Shown here: one piece after another, positions 38,629-50,137 of the stretch
Numbering within the stretch: the first letter of the stretch is position 1
Layout: each line of letters opens with the position of its first letter
Assembly: GCA_029052015.1 (NCBI GenBank)
Contig: JAIDJW010000033.1
Span: 59-64,058, forward strand
Direction: 5' to 3'
DNA from: Paramuribaculum sp.
GTDB lineage: Bacteria; Bacteroidota; Bacteroidia; Bacteroidales; Muribaculaceae
Length of the DNA stretch: 64,000 bases
The notes under the pieces: generated by a model
What the model was told of the DNA's origin: nothing
Databases searched by the model: none
The model's input: the letters and a program-made list of their open reading frames with translations, nothing else
Translations under genes and position numbers: made by a program

Positions 38629-38829
38629 AAAGTGATTGCGCATAAGTGATGACATCAGATGTTTTTCGCGAGTTATCAATATGTTTTTTGCAAAGGTACA
38701 TTAATTTTTCAACGTGTATATGAATAATTCTCGGGGAAATTGTGAATAAGTTCCATAATAATGGTATCGCTGTACGACAGTCTCTATCTATTTTTGCGTA
38801 ATTTTGTAACCACTTAAAGATTACTCTTT

Positions 38830-39672
38830 ATGAAAACCATCAGAAATGAAGAATTCGGGGGAGAACGTCCCTTATTCGCTTCTCATTACCTTAATCTTGA
38901 AAATGTCACGATTCATGCCGGTGAGTCAGCATTAAAGGAATGTAGTGACATAATCGCTACAAACTGCCGGTTTGAAGGCAAATATCCTTTCTGGCATGTC
39001 GACCGCTTTGTAGTAAAGCACTGCATTTTCACTCCCGGTGCCAGAGCAGCCTTGTGGTATTCCAATGACCTTGAAATGAGCGACACACTTGTGGAAGCTC
39101 CCAAAATGTTCAGGGAAATGACAGGCATAAAACTTCGTAACGTAACTATTCCGGACGCACAGGAAACACTATGGCATTGCCGGTCGATTGACTGTGAGGA
39201 TGTTGAAGTAAAAAATGCCGATTACCTCTTCATGCATTGTACCGACATAAAAATAAACAGATGGAAGCAGCAGGGCAACTATTCCTTCCAGTATTGCCGC
39301 AATGTTGAGATAAGCAATGCGGTGATTGACTCAAAGGATGCTTTCTGGAATACCGAGAACGTAACAGTGACTGATTCGAAACTCACAGGCGAATATCTCG
39401 GATGGCACTCATGCAATCTGAAACTTGTCCGGTGTCACATATCCGGCACTCAGCCTTTATGCTATGCCAAGGGGCTTATACTTGAAGACTGCACATTCGA
39501 CCCCGACTGCGACCTCGCTTTTGAGGAAAGCGAGCTTAATGCCACAGTCAACAGCGTCATCACAAGCGTCAAGAATCCCACTTCCGGTATAATAAGAGCC
39601 AAAGGCTACGGTGATATAATACTTGATGTGAATATAAAGCAGCCTGCTGACTGTATTATCGAGACTATATGA
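38830..39672 (+). CDS. DUF3737 family beta-helix protein
   Basis: GERPLF, GESALKE, GKYPFWH, SKDAFW, GEYLGW, GTQPLCY, SVKNP. Confidence 0.9.
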   Translation: MKTIRNEEFGGERPLFASHYLNLENVTIHAGESALKECSDIIATNCRFEGKYPFWHVDRFVVKHCIFTPGARAALWYSNDLEMSDTLVEAPKMFREMTGIKLRNVTIPDAQETLWHCRSIDCEDVEVKNADYLFMHCTDIKINRWKQQGNYSFQYCRNVEISNAVIDSKDAFWNTENVTVTDSKLTGEYLGWHSCNLKLVRCHISGTQPLCYAKGLILEDCTFDPDCDLAFEESELNATVNSVITSVKNPTSGIIRAKGYGDIILDVNIKQPADCIIETI

Positions 39673-40838
39673 GCGAATTTGACATATATATCGACCGTTG
39701 CAAAAGTGGAAGTTACAAATGGGATTCATGCACTGACTCCGAAGTACTGCCGCTATGGGTAGCAGATATGGATTTCAAAACAGCTCCCGTTGTAATAGAC
39801 GCTATGCGTCAGAGAGTAGACCACGGTGTTTTCGGATATACTCTCATTGACGACACATATTACGATGCATTAATAAACTGGTTTGAAAACCGTCACGGAT
39901 ATCATATAGATAGAGGACAAGTCATTTACACCTCCGGAGTGGTTCCAGCCATTTCAGCTATAATCAAGGCTCTTGCTCCTGCCGGAAGTACAGTAGTTGT
40001 ACAGACCCCGGTTTACAATTGCTTTTTCTCTTCTATCCGCAACAATGGATGCACTATTGCAGAATCTCCGCTAAAAAGAGTGGAGATTGACAGCCATTCG
40101 TTCACATATACTATGGATTTTGATTCCTTGGAGAGAATTTGCTCTGAAGATTCAACCAAACTAATGCTGCTCTGCAATCCTCACAATCCCGCTGGCAAAT
40201 GCTGGAGCAGGGAAGAGCTGCAAAGAGTTGCCGAGATATGCAATACTAACGGAGTTACAGTAGTGAGCGACGAGATACATTGCGAACTCACCATGCCCGG
40301 ACACACATACACACCATACGGCACCTTAGATCCAAAAGCTGTTGTGTGTGTTTCGCCTTCAAAGGCTTTCAATACTGCCGGACTTCAGATTGCTAATATA
40401 ATATGTCCTGACGAAGCTGTCAGAAAAGCTGTTGACAGAGCCATTAATATCAATGAGGTATGCGATGTCAATCCTTTCGGACCTGTAGCCCTTATCGCAT
40501 CATACAGCCAAAAGGGAGCCGAATGGCTTGAGAAACTTAAAGAATATCTGCATGAAAACTGGCTTTATGCTAAGGATGTTCTCAGCCGTAGGCTGCCTGA
40601 CTGTCCTGTAGCCGAACTTGAAGCAACTTATCTGCTTTGGATGGATGTAAGCGTATTTGGCATAAACTCCACAGATATGGAGGATGAGTTGCTGCAAAAA
40701 GCAAAAGTATGGCTCAATTGCGGAGATATGTACGGTAAGGACGGATATATGCGCATCAACCTGGCTTGTCAGCGCGAAACCCTTGTAACGGCACTTGACC
40801 GCGTATGCTCGTATCTTGAAAAAAAGCCCCGCAGATGA
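39669..40838 (+). CDS. MalY/PatB family PLP-dependent C-S lyase
   Basis: PLWVADMDF, CNPHNP, SDEIH, SPSKAFN. Confidence 0.93.
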   Translation: MSEFDIYIDRCKSGSYKWDSCTDSEVLPLWVADMDFKTAPVVIDAMRQRVDHGVFGYTLIDDTYYDALINWFENRHGYHIDRGQVIYTSGVVPAISAIIKALAPAGSTVVVQTPVYNCFFSSIRNNGCTIAESPLKRVEIDSHSFTYTMDFDSLERICSEDSTKLMLLCNPHNPAGKCWSREELQRVAEICNTNGVTVVSDEIHCELTMPGHTYTPYGTLDPKAVVCVSPSKAFNTAGLQIANIICPDEAVRKAVDRAININEVCDVNPFGPVALIASYSQKGAEWLEKLKEYLHENWLYAKDVLSRRLPDCPVAELEATYLLWMDVSVFGINSTDMEDELLQKAKVWLNCGDMYGKDGYMRINLACQRETLVTALDRVCSYLEKKPRR

Positions 40839-42307
40839 TTGAACTGATACAGTCCGGCAAACCGCTGTCTTTAAGACAAAAAATAGCCCTTACGGCAAAA
40901 CTGTCGTGGCCTGCAATCATGGCACAGCTATCAAGTATACTCATGCAGTATATCGATGCGGCTATGGTTGGCAGACTCGGAGCGGACGACAGTGCTTCAG
41001 TCGGACTTGTATCAACAAGCCTATGGCTTTTCTGGGGTATTTGCTCCGCAGCAACAGTAGGTTTTTCCGTGCAGATAGCTCATAGAGTGGGAGCGGGAGA
41101 TTATAAAACTGCAAGATCAGTGCTTCGTCAGGCAATTCCTTCGGCGTTTTGCTTCGGACTGTTTATGGCTATTATAGGTGTAGCAATTTCACCATTCTTA
41201 CCCCTGTGGCTTGGCGGAGAAGGATATGTAGCCGAGCAATCTACTGTATATTTCATGATATTTGTGGCGGCTCTACCCCTTCTTACCATGAACTATCTCG
41301 GATGTGCATCTCTGAGAGCATCAGGCAATATGAAAATTCCCGGAGGAATGAATATACTCATGTGTGTTCTTGACGTTATTTTCAATTTCCTTCTTATTTT
41401 TCCATCTCATACCTTTGATGTTTTTGGATTCGTTATAACTATTCCGGGCGCCAATCTCGGAGTGCTCGGCGCCGCTGTGGGCACTGTAGCCGCCGAAACT
41501 GTATGTGCTTCACTCGTTATGTTATATCTCTGCAGGTATGAAAAAGGCTTGGCTATATGGGGCAAACTGTGTGAAGACGTCAAGTCTGTTTCATCCAGAA
41601 TGTTTCGGCCTACACGCAAAGTGCTGTCTAATGCACTTAAAGTATCGGCTCCGATGACTCTCGAACACGCTGTAATATGCGGCGCCCAGATTATGGTTAC
41701 GGTAATAGTAGCTCCATTGGGCGTGATGGCTATAGCTGCAAACTCTTTTGCCGTAACAGCCGAGGCCCTGTGCTACATGCCCGGCTATGGTATAGCCGAT
41801 GCTGCTACTACACTTACCGGTCAGAGTTACGGTGCAGGACGTAAGGACCTTGCAAAAAGTTTCGGATACATTACTGTGGTGAGCGGTATGATTATAATGA
41901 CTCTTATGGGAGTGATAATGTGGATTTTCGCGCCAGCAGTCATGCAGCTGTTCACTCCGATAGAACAGATAGCCGAGTTGGGAATCCATTCGCTCCGCAT
42001 CGAAGCATGGGCTGAACCTATGTTCGCAGCCTCGATAGTTGCCTACGGGGTAATGATAGGAGTAGGTGACACCATAGTTCCTGCAATTATGAATTTCGGA
42101 AGCATCTGGCTCGTAAGACTACCCCTTGCCGCTATTCTTGCCCCGACTATGGGACTTGCGGGAGTATGGACAGCAATGTGTATAGAACTTTGCTTCAGAG
42201 GATTCATATTTTTATGGCGCCTCATAAAAGGCTCATGGCTCAAACATGGTCTTGACACCTCGTCACTTAGCAATATAGCTGATTCTCAAACTAATCCTGA
42301 TGTATAA
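40835..42307 (+). CDS. MATE family efflux transporter
   Basis: About 12 TM segments with IDAAMVGRLG, GQSYGAG and IGVGDT motifs. Confidence 0.92.
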   Translation: MIELIQSGKPLSLRQKIALTAKLSWPAIMAQLSSILMQYIDAAMVGRLGADDSASVGLVSTSLWLFWGICSAATVGFSVQIAHRVGAGDYKTARSVLRQAIPSAFCFGLFMAIIGVAISPFLPLWLGGEGYVAEQSTVYFMIFVAALPLLTMNYLGCASLRASGNMKIPGGMNILMCVLDVIFNFLLIFPSHTFDVFGFVITIPGANLGVLGAAVGTVAAETVCASLVMLYLCRYEKGLAIWGKLCEDVKSVSSRMFRPTRKVLSNALKVSAPMTLEHAVICGAQIMVTVIVAPLGVMAIAANSFAVTAEALCYMPGYGIADAATTLTGQSYGAGRKDLAKSFGYITVVSGMIIMTLMGVIMWIFAPAVMQLFTPIEQIAELGIHSLRIEAWAEPMFAASIVAYGVMIGVGDTIVPAIMNFGSIWLVRLPLAAILAPTMGLAGVWTAMCIELCFRGFIFLWRLIKGSWLKHGLDTSSLSNIADSQTNPDV

Positions 42308-42327
42308 CTATATACAATGTACCTAAT

Positions 42328-42981
42328 ATGGAAATAATTAATTTTGACGATACTCAGTCTGTTGTCAGCCAATATATGGCAGAACTACGCGATGTTACAG
42401 TGCAGCGCGACATGATGAGATTTCGCCGCAATCTTGAGAGAATAGGTGAAATCATGGCATACGAAATAAGCAAAACTCTTCATTATGCCAAGAAAGATAT
42501 ATCTACTCCACTCGGAATCTCGCATTGCGATGTAATTGACACGCGTGTTGTTCTCGCTACTATATTTCGGGCTGGAGTGCCTTTCCATCAAGGCTTCCTC
42601 TCATTTTTTGACAACGCTGAAAATGCTTTCGTTTCAGCCTACAGAAAATATAAGGAAAAAGAAAACTTCGATGTATTCATCGAGTATCTTGCATCCCCGC
42701 GTCTCGATGGTAAAACCCTTGTAATCGCAGACCCTATGCTTGCTACCGGCGCATCCATGGAGCTGAGCTATCGCGCTCTTCTCACTAAAGGAGAGCCCGC
42801 CCACATTCATGTAGCTTCTGTTATAGCCTCAAAAGTGGCGATAGACTATATTAAATCCACATTCCCATCCGATAAGACTACTATATGGGTCGGAGCCATT
42901 GATAATGAGATAAACAGCCACTCATACATAGTGCCCGGTCTTGGTGATGCCGGTGACCTTGCATACGGAATAAAAGAGTAA
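42328..42981 (+). CDS. upp: Uracil phosphoribosyltransferase
   Basis: IFRAG, DPMLATG, YIVPGLGDAGD. Confidence 0.96.
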   Translation: MEIINFDDTQSVVSQYMAELRDVTVQRDMMRFRRNLERIGEIMAYEISKTLHYAKKDISTPLGISHCDVIDTRVVLATIFRAGVPFHQGFLSFFDNAENAFVSAYRKYKEKENFDVFIEYLASPRLDGKTLVIADPMLATGASMELSYRALLTKGEPAHIHVASVIASKVAIDYIKSTFPSDKTTIWVGAIDNEINSHSYIVPGLGDAGDLAYGIKE

Positions 42982-43384
42982 TGTTTATAACAGTGTTGAA
43001 AACCCTTCAAAACTACCTTACAAAAATCCATAACTTTATTTGCATTTCATATATGACAGGCTATATAGCCACCTGCAACCATCCTCAAAATAAGTTGGCA
43101 ATCTTTTATAAAAGGGTTGCCAACCTGTTTTTAGAGGGTTATTAAATTGTAATGCCAACTAAAGTTACTAACTTTGCAGTTTATAAACAATATGTGGATA
43201 ACTTACATAAGTGCATTGATTGTCATGGTGTTGCAATGTTGATAAAGTTTAAACAACGGATTATCACACATCAACAACTTAATATGCAAGCTTTACAACC
43301 AAAAGTTATGACAGATATCTACATAGCTTATTATTCTTCTTGAAAATTAATTTTTTAAGACTTTAAAATTTTAAATAATAATAT
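42982..43384. other. Probable chromosomal replication origin (oriC)
   Basis: AT-rich 403-bp intergenic region. It has a perfect DnaA box TGTGGATAA (43193-43201), near-matches at 42982, 42994, 43181 and 43237, a trinucleotide-periodic tract and a very AT-rich stretch at 43328-43384. GC skew appears to switch across it. Confidence 0.72.
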
Positions 43385-44344
43385 ATGGCTGTTGAAACCT
43401 CATCCATAGCCTCGCTCAAGGAGGAGATAGACGCCCTGAAGAAAAACAGGGGTGCTGTCATCATGGCTCATTACTATACTCGGCCGGAAATTCAGGATAT
43501 AGCCGATTATATTGGAGATTCACTGGCACTCGCAAGGATTGCCGCCACTCTCAAAGAGGATGTGATAGTGATGTGCGGAGTTCATTTTATGGCTGAGACA
43601 GCTAAAATTCTTTGCCCGGACAAGATTGTCCTCGAACCGGATCCGCAGGCTGGTTGCTCGCTTGCCGACAGTTGTCCTGCAGAAGAATTCACAGCGTTTA
43701 TAAAAGAGCATCCGGGTCACACCGTTATAAGCTATGTCAATACTTCGGCTGCTGTAAAGGCTCATACTGATGTAGTTGTCACTTCAGGCAATGCGCGTGA
43801 GATAGTTGAAAGCTTTCCTGCTGACGAAAAAATTATATTTGGTCCCGACCGTAATCTCGGCAACTATATAAACAGTATCACAGGACGCAGCATGGTGCTT
43901 TGGGACGGTGCCTGCCATGTGCATGAAAAATTCTCTGTTGAGAGGACAGCTGAACTTAAAAAGCAATATCCTCATGCAAAGGTACTTGTTCATCCCGAAT
44001 GTACCGCTCCTCTGCGTATTCTCGGCGACTGTGTGGGCTCCACAGCTGTTTTGCTAAAATATGCTATTGAAAGCGATGCGGATACGTTCATAGTAGCTAC
44101 TGAGAGCGGTATTTTGCATCAGATGCAGGAAAAATGTTCCTCAAAGAAGTTTATTCCCGCTCCTCCGGCTGACTCCACATGTGCCTGCAACGAATGTGCC
44201 TACATGAAGCTCAACACTCTTGAAAAACTTCGCGAATGCCTGGCTAATCTTGCTCCGAGGGTGGAGGTAGCAGCCGAGACTGCAGCAAAAGCGCGCAAAC
44301 CTATCGAGAGAATGCTCGAACTTTCCGAAAAACTGAATAAATAA
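43385..44344 (+). CDS. nadA: Quinolinate synthase
   Basis: [36 protein letters not shown]. Confidence 0.96.
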   Translation: MAVETSSIASLKEEIDALKKNRGAVIMAHYYTRPEIQDIADYIGDSLALARIAATLKEDVIVMCGVHFMAETAKILCPDKIVLEPDPQAGCSLADSCPAEEFTAFIKEHPGHTVISYVNTSAAVKAHTDVVVTSGNAREIVESFPADEKIIFGPDRNLGNYINSITGRSMVLWDGACHVHEKFSVERTAELKKQYPHAKVLVHPECTAPLRILGDCVGSTAVLLKYAIESDADTFIVATESGILHQMQEKCSSKKFIPAPPADSTCACNECAYMKLNTLEKLRECLANLAPRVEVAAETAAKARKPIERMLELSEKLNK

Positions 44345-44358
44345 ATCATCTATTATAT

Positions 44359-47130
44359 ATGGAATACAATCATAAAAATATCGAAGCCAAGTGGCAGAAA
44401 TATTGGAAAGAAAACAAGACATACAAAACGGAGACAAAACCGGGCACCAAGAAATTCTATGTGCTTGATATGTTCCCTTATCCTTCCGGAGCGGGACTCC
44501 ATGTTGGTCATCCGTTAGGCTATATAGCATCCGACATATATTCACGCTATAAGCGTCTTCAGGGATTCAATGTGCTTCATCCGATGGGATATGACGCATA
44601 CGGACTCCCTGCCGAGCAATATGCCATCCAGACAGGTCAGCATCCCGAAATAACTACAAAAGTAAATATTGACCGCTACCGCAGTCAGCTCGACAAGATT
44701 GGTTTCTGCTACGACTGGGACCGTGAGGTGCGCACCTGCAATCCCGACTATTACAAATGGACTCAGTGGGCATTCATTCAGATGTTCAATTCATATTACG
44801 ACACCAAAGAATGTAAAGCAAAGCCTATATCCGACCTTGAGAGCCACTTTGCAGCCAAAGGAAGTGAAGGCATATATGCTGCTTGCTCAAAGGATTTGAC
44901 ATTTACCGCTGCCGAATGGAAGGCTATGGATGAAAAGCAGAAGAGTGACACTCTTATGAACTACCGCATAGCTTATCTCGGCAACACTATGGTTAACTGG
45001 TGTCCCAAACTCGGCACAGTGCTTGCCAATGACGAGGTGAGCGAGGGTGTGTCTATTCGCGGAGGTTATCCGGTAGAGCAGAAACTCATGTATCAGTGGT
45101 GTCTGAGAGTATCTGCATACGCCCAGCGTCTTCTTGACGGACTGGACACTGTTGACTGGACAGATTCTCTTAAAGAGACACAGCGCAACTGGATAGGACG
45201 CTCAGAGGGTGCGGAAATGATATTCAAGATGGCTGACAGCGATGTTGAGCTTGAGATATTCACTACCCGCGCCGATACTGTGTTTGGAGTAACATTCATG
45301 GTGCTCGCTCCGGAGAGCGCATACGTGGATATGATAACCGTTCCGGAAAAGAAAGCTGAGGTTGACGCATATATTGCAGCAATAAAGCACAAGACAGAGC
45401 GAGAGAGAATGATTGACAAAAAGGTTACCGGTGTGTTTACCGGAGCATACGCTGTCAATCCTCTTACAGGAGACAAAATACCGGTGTGGGTGAGCGACTA
45501 TGTGCTTGCCGGCTACGGCACAGGCGCTATTATGGCTGTGCCTGCTCATGACAGCCGCGACTACGCTTTCGCCCGCCATTTCAATCTCCCTGTAATTCCT
45601 CTTATCGAAGGAGCCGATGTGAGTGAGGAGAGTTTTGATGCCAAGAGCGGCAAAATGATTAATTCCAAGGGACCGGAGCTTGATCTCAACGGGCTTGAAG
45701 TAAAGGACGCCATTGCTGCCGCAAAGAAATTCATCAGCGAGAAAGGTATAGGCAAAGTGAAGGTGAACTATCGTCTTCGCGACGCCATTTTCAGCCGTCA
45801 GCGCTATTGGGGCGAACCTTTCCCTGTATATTATAAGGAGGGTATTGCCCGGATGATGGATGAAAGCAAACTGCCGCTTCTTCTTCCGGAAGTTGACAAG
45901 TTTCTCCCCACCGAAAGCGGCGAGCCGCCCCTGGGCAGAGCTAAGGACTGGAAAACCGAGGAAGGTTATCCTATAGAGCTGTGCACCATGCCCGGCTTTG
46001 CCGGTTCGTCCGCCTACTATCTGCGCTACATGGATCCCAAGAATGACAAAGCGCTTGTAAGCCCCGAAGCAAACTCCTACTGGAGAAATGTAGACTTATA
46101 TATAGGAGGTACCGAGCATGCAACAGGTCATCTAATCTACAGCCGATTCTGGAACAAATTCCTGTATGATCTCGGCATAGTGTGTGAGGAAGAGCCTTTC
46201 CGCAAGCTCATCAACCAGGGCATGATTCAGGGACGTAGCAACTTCGTGTATCGTATAAAGGATACGAACACCTTTGTAAGCTACGGTCTCAAAGGCAACT
46301 ATGATGTGACTCCCATACATGTGGATGTTAACATTGTGAGCAACGATATTCTTGATATTGATGCTTTCCGCGCATGGCGTCCGGAATTCAAGGATGCAGA
46401 ATTCATTCTGGAGGAAGGCAAGTATGTGTGCGGATATGCTGTTGAGAAGATGTCAAAGTCGATGTTCAACGTAGTCAATCCCGACGATATTGTTGAGCGT
46501 TACGGTGCCGACACTCTCCGTCTCTATGAAATGTTCCTCGGACCTCTGGAGCAGAGTAAGCCTTGGGATACCAACGGTATTGACGGTGTGAACCGCTTTA
46601 TCCGCAAGATGTGGAACCTTTTTTATAAAGGTGACGAGTTTATTGTGACAGATGGCGAACCTACTGCTGACAATCTCAAATCCATCCACAAACTCATAAA
46701 GAAGATTACCGCTGACATAGAGAATTTCTCATTCAATACCTCTATCAGCGCCTTCATGATATGTGTGAACGAACTCACGCAGCAGAAGTGTCATAACCGC
46801 GAGGTGCTTACTCAGCTCGTCATACTTCTTGCTCCTTTTGCTCCCCATGTGTGCGAGGAGCTGTGGCATGCGCTCGGAAACGAAATCACCGTGTGTGACG
46901 CTCAGTGGCCTGTCCACAATGAGGAATATCTGAAGGAAAGCAATGTAACATACGCAGTGTCGTTCAACGGCAAGGCACGCTTCAATATCGAGGTGCCTGC
47001 CGAAATGTCCTCTGACGATGTGCAGAAAGTGGCACTTGCCAATGAAAATGCGGCAAAATGGACCGAAGGCAAACAGATTGTCAAGGTTATAGTTGTGCCG
47101 CGCAAGATTGTCAATGTAGTTGTAAAATAG
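44359..47130 (+). CDS. leuS: Leucine--tRNA ligase
   Basis: [40 protein letters not shown]. Confidence 0.98.
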   Translation: MEYNHKNIEAKWQKYWKENKTYKTETKPGTKKFYVLDMFPYPSGAGLHVGHPLGYIASDIYSRYKRLQGFNVLHPMGYDAYGLPAEQYAIQTGQHPEITTKVNIDRYRSQLDKIGFCYDWDREVRTCNPDYYKWTQWAFIQMFNSYYDTKECKAKPISDLESHFAAKGSEGIYAACSKDLTFTAAEWKAMDEKQKSDTLMNYRIAYLGNTMVNWCPKLGTVLANDEVSEGVSIRGGYPVEQKLMYQWCLRVSAYAQRLLDGLDTVDWTDSLKETQRNWIGRSEGAEMIFKMADSDVELEIFTTRADTVFGVTFMVLAPESAYVDMITVPEKKAEVDAYIAAIKHKTERERMIDKKVTGVFTGAYAVNPLTGDKIPVWVSDYVLAGYGTGAIMAVPAHDSRDYAFARHFNLPVIPLIEGADVSEESFDAKSGKMINSKGPELDLNGLEVKDAIAAAKKFISEKGIGKVKVNYRLRDAIFSRQRYWGEPFPVYYKEGIARMMDESKLPLLLPEVDKFLPTESGEPPLGRAKDWKTEEGYPIELCTMPGFAGSSAYYLRYMDPKNDKALVSPEANSYWRNVDLYIGGTEHATGHLIYSRFWNKFLYDLGIVCEEEPFRKLINQGMIQGRSNFVYRIKDTNTFVSYGLKGNYDVTPIHVDVNIVSNDILDIDAFRAWRPEFKDAEFILEEGKYVCGYAVEKMSKSMFNVVNPDDIVERYGADTLRLYEMFLGPLEQSKPWDTNGIDGVNRFIRKMWNLFYKGDEFIVTDGEPTADNLKSIHKLIKKITADIENFSFNTSISAFMICVNELTQQKCHNREVLTQLVILLAPFAPHVCEELWHALGNEITVCDAQWPVHNEEYLKESNVTYAVSFNGKARFNIEVPAEMSSDDVQKVALANENAAKWTEGKQIVKVIVVPRKIVNVVVK

Positions 47131-47160
47131 AATACCTGTTTTTCACGTTATACATAAAGT

Positions 47161-47739
47161 ATGACCAAAGAAATAGTATTTGCTACAAACAATAGCCATA
47201 AGCTCAGTGAACTCCGGCGTATAGCCGGAGATTCCTGGCACATATTGTCGCTTGCCGACATCGGCTGCCACGATGATATAGAGGAAACTGCCGACACTCT
47301 CGAAGGTAATGCCATAATCAAGGCACGTTATGTGAAGGAGCATTACGGTTATGACTGCTTTGCCGACGATACCGGCCTCATGGTTGATGCTCTTGGCGGA
47401 GAGCCGGGAGTGTATTCTGCACGGTATGCGGGCAATAATCATGATTCCGCCGCAAATATGAAGTTGCTTCTGGAGAAAATGAAAGGTGTAAAGAATCGTA
47501 CCGCACGCTTCCGCACCGTCATAGCTCTTGCGCAGGGCAGTGATATAAAGATATTTGAAGGCACTGTCGAGGGTGAGATTACCGAAACTCCCGCCGGTTG
47601 CGGAGGATTCGGCTATGATCCTGTGTTCAGACCTCTGGAGAGTGACCGCACATTCGCCGAAATGGATGGTGATGCCAAGAATGCCATTAGTCACCGCGGC
47701 AGAGCCACTGCCGCTCTGATGAAATATCTTCTTGCATGA
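47161..47739 (+). CDS. rdgB: Non-canonical purine NTP pyrophosphatase (RdgB/HAM1)
   Basis: FATNNSHK, ADDTGL, PGVYSARY, GFGYDPVF, KNAISHR. Confidence 0.96.
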   Translation: MTKEIVFATNNSHKLSELRRIAGDSWHILSLADIGCHDDIEETADTLEGNAIIKARYVKEHYGYDCFADDTGLMVDALGGEPGVYSARYAGNNHDSAANMKLLLEKMKGVKNRTARFRTVIALAQGSDIKIFEGTVEGEITETPAGCGGFGYDPVFRPLESDRTFAEMDGDAKNAISHRGRATAALMKYLLA

Positions 47740-50111
47740 GACGTCTTGTAGTTTTTTTTGCGGCAATTATGACTATAGTTGCTGTATGTGCGCAGATTCC
47801 TGTAGGAAGCTGGAAGATTTATCCGTCTTTTACGCGTCCGGCAGGGCAAGTGGTTGAAACATCCGCTAAAGTTTTCTATACAAGCGGAGGAAGCCTCTTT
47901 TCTTACGATAAGGAAACTCAAGAGAATCTAGCCCATACGGTGGACAACGGACTAAGTGATTATAAGATAGGTAAAATTCTCGTTCATCCCGATTTCAATC
48001 GTCTGGCTGTGTGCTATGAAAACGGTAATATAGACATTTTAGGCGATGATGGCTCGGTTGTAAACCTTAGCGACATAAAGGATGCATCTGTAAGCGGTGA
48101 CAAGAATATAAATGATGTATCGTTTGACGGAGAGGCGATGTATATTGCCACACAGTTCGGTATATTGATATACGATATCAAGGCAAAAAAAGTAATTGAC
48201 AGTGTTGTTTTCGGTTATCCTGTGCCGGCCATAGCTGTTTGTGACGGATATATATATGTTTCAGCTGAAAATCAGCTCAGAAGTCTGCCTATAGGCTCAA
48301 AACTGAAAAATAATGATGCCTGGAAAGTCATGGATGATGTTCAAGGCATCATAGAGCTTGCAAGAGCCGCTGACGGATTATTATACGGACGTGACAGCAG
48401 TATGGCTTATAAAATAAGCACCGATAATGGAAATATAGTGTCGGTTGACAAATATGGCTATTGCTCTATGCCTTTTATTTATGGCAGTGACAAAGTGTAT
48501 TTGTCAAACGGTATCAGTGTGTATTCTGACGGTGCTTATAAAACAGTGCCGGAAAGTGTCTATTATAACATATTCGGAGGTCTTGACCCGGCTTCATGTC
48601 TGTGGACTCTTGACAACGACGGTATAAGCTGTTTGGTCAACAATAATAATGATTGGACAATAGTTACGGAGCGTTTTCTTCCATACTCCCTTACCGTGCG
48701 TGAGGCAGCTTTTATTATTCCAGATAGAAGCGGTGAAAAGATATATTTTACTAATCTCGGACCAACTGTATACAGAAATATAGCAGGTACTGAAGAAATA
48801 GGATTGCATACATTTCAGATGACTTCAAGGCTTTATGACGGAGAAATCGAAGATGTTGCGGCAAAAAATGTAGTTCCCGGCGAAATATCCAAATACTACC
48901 AGCCCGGGCGCGATGGAAGAGCTGCGGCTACCACGCGTGTTGCCGAGGATCCTGAAGATGCTGCTACATATTTTATAGGTACCGGCAATGACGGACTATA
49001 CAAAGTCACTGCAGGAGAGTATATGGGACGTTATGATGCCTCAAATGCCCCTATGGGCACACCTTATGGAAGTCGTGTATATGAAGTGGTCACAGACCGT
49101 GCAGGCAACCTGTGGGTAGGCGCTGACGGATTGGATGAAAATCATTGTGTGATGGTGCTTCCGGCAGCAAAAAGAAAACTGGCACCGGCAGAGATAAAAC
49201 GCGAGGACTGGATTGTGCTTAATCTTGACGGATTTACAAATTCAGCCGACATACGCATATATCCATGTACAAAATCCGATTTTGTATTTATATTTTCCGG
49301 ACTATATCAAGGAGGTCTTGTGTGCTACGATACATCAGGCACATACGACACATTTAATGATGACCGGGTAATATTTCATCAGAGACTTACAGACACTGAC
49401 AGCAAAACATACAATCCCATCCGTATATCATCGATAGCCGAGGATGCAGAGGGCAAAGTGTGGATAGGCACAAGCGAGGGTATATTTGAAATATATGACC
49501 CGACTCGTGCCATATCGCCTGAAATGACTGTCAAACATCTGAAAATAAATCATGACGACGGCACCGGTCTTGCCGATTACCTTGCCGGCACAGATCTTGT
49601 GCTTGATATCTGCGTTGACGGCGCAAACCGCAAATGGATTGCGACTGAAGGCTCCGGAGTCTATCTTGTAAACGCTGCAGGCAATGAAATACTCAAACAT
49701 TTTACTTCATCCAATTCTCCTCTGCCTTCGCAGAGAGTGAATGCCGTGTATGCGTCAAAAACAAGCAATTCGGTATTCTTAGCTACTCCTCAGGGAGTGA
49801 TGGAATATGGCGGAGACTCTTCGCAACCTGCCCAGGATTACAACTCATTGCGTGTTTATCCCAATCCGGTCACTCCTGATTATGGCGGTGACGTCACTAT
49901 CGACGGTCTTATGGAAGCGTCACTTGTCAAGATTGCCGACTCGGCCGGAGCTGTTGTATGGCAGGGTAGGGCAGAAGGTGGAATGTTAGTGTGGAATGTG
50001 ACAAACAGCGCCGGGAAGAGGGTTAAAACCGGAGTTTATTATATCTTTGCATCGCCGTCGCATGGCGATGGTGGAAAGGGAGCTGTTGCGAAGGTCATGG
50101 TAGTGAACTGA
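47736..50111 (+). CDS. porZ: T9SS attachment-complex component PorZ-like beta-propeller protein
   Basis: Signal peptide, QIPVGSW start, propeller repeats (GNLWVG, GKVWIGT, NRKWIAT) and a CTD (VYPNPV...GKRVKTGVY...KVMVV). Confidence 0.82.
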   Translation: MRRLVVFFAAIMTIVAVCAQIPVGSWKIYPSFTRPAGQVVETSAKVFYTSGGSLFSYDKETQENLAHTVDNGLSDYKIGKILVHPDFNRLAVCYENGNIDILGDDGSVVNLSDIKDASVSGDKNINDVSFDGEAMYIATQFGILIYDIKAKKVIDSVVFGYPVPAIAVCDGYIYVSAENQLRSLPIGSKLKNNDAWKVMDDVQGIIELARAADGLLYGRDSSMAYKISTDNGNIVSVDKYGYCSMPFIYGSDKVYLSNGISVYSDGAYKTVPESVYYNIFGGLDPASCLWTLDNDGISCLVNNNNDWTIVTERFLPYSLTVREAAFIIPDRSGEKIYFTNLGPTVYRNIAGTEEIGLHTFQMTSRLYDGEIEDVAAKNVVPGEISKYYQPGRDGRAAATTRVAEDPEDAATYFIGTGNDGLYKVTAGEYMGRYDASNAPMGTPYGSRVYEVVTDRAGNLWVGADGLDENHCVMVLPAAKRKLAPAEIKREDWIVLNLDGFTNSADIRIYPCTKSDFVFIFSGLYQGGLVCYDTSGTYDTFNDDRVIFHQRLTDTDSKTYNPIRISSIAEDAEGKVWIGTSEGIFEIYDPTRAISPEMTVKHLKINHDDGTGLADYLAGTDLVLDICVDGANRKWIATEGSGVYLVNAAGNEILKHFTSSNSPLPSQRVNAVYASKTSNSVFLATPQGVMEYGGDSSQPAQDYNSLRVYPNPVTPDYGGDVTIDGLMEASLVKIADSAGAVVWQGRAEGGMLVWNVTNSAGKRVKTGVYYIFASPSHGDGGKGAVAKVMVVN

Positions 50112-50137
50112 ACGGTCCTTTATAAGGTTTTAAAAAT

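Noticed and set aside
38741-38749. Isolated DnaA-box match TGTGAATAA between pldA and DUF3737
   Set aside because: A single 9-mer in AT-rich DNA without a cluster is compatible with chance.
38830-42307. DUF3737-MalY-MATE block as a mobile island
   Set aside because: It is somewhat AT-rich, but no flanking repeats or mobility genes were seen and the neighbouring core genes have similar composition.
43152-43343. 63-aa ORF upstream of nadA
   Set aside because: It overlaps the DnaA-box cluster and a -7 promoter box and has no protein-like features.
47143-47766. 207-aa minus-strand ORF, and the many similar 60-240 aa overlapping ORFs in the track
   Set aside because: Each lies antisense to, or out of frame within, a confidently identified gene (here rdgB).
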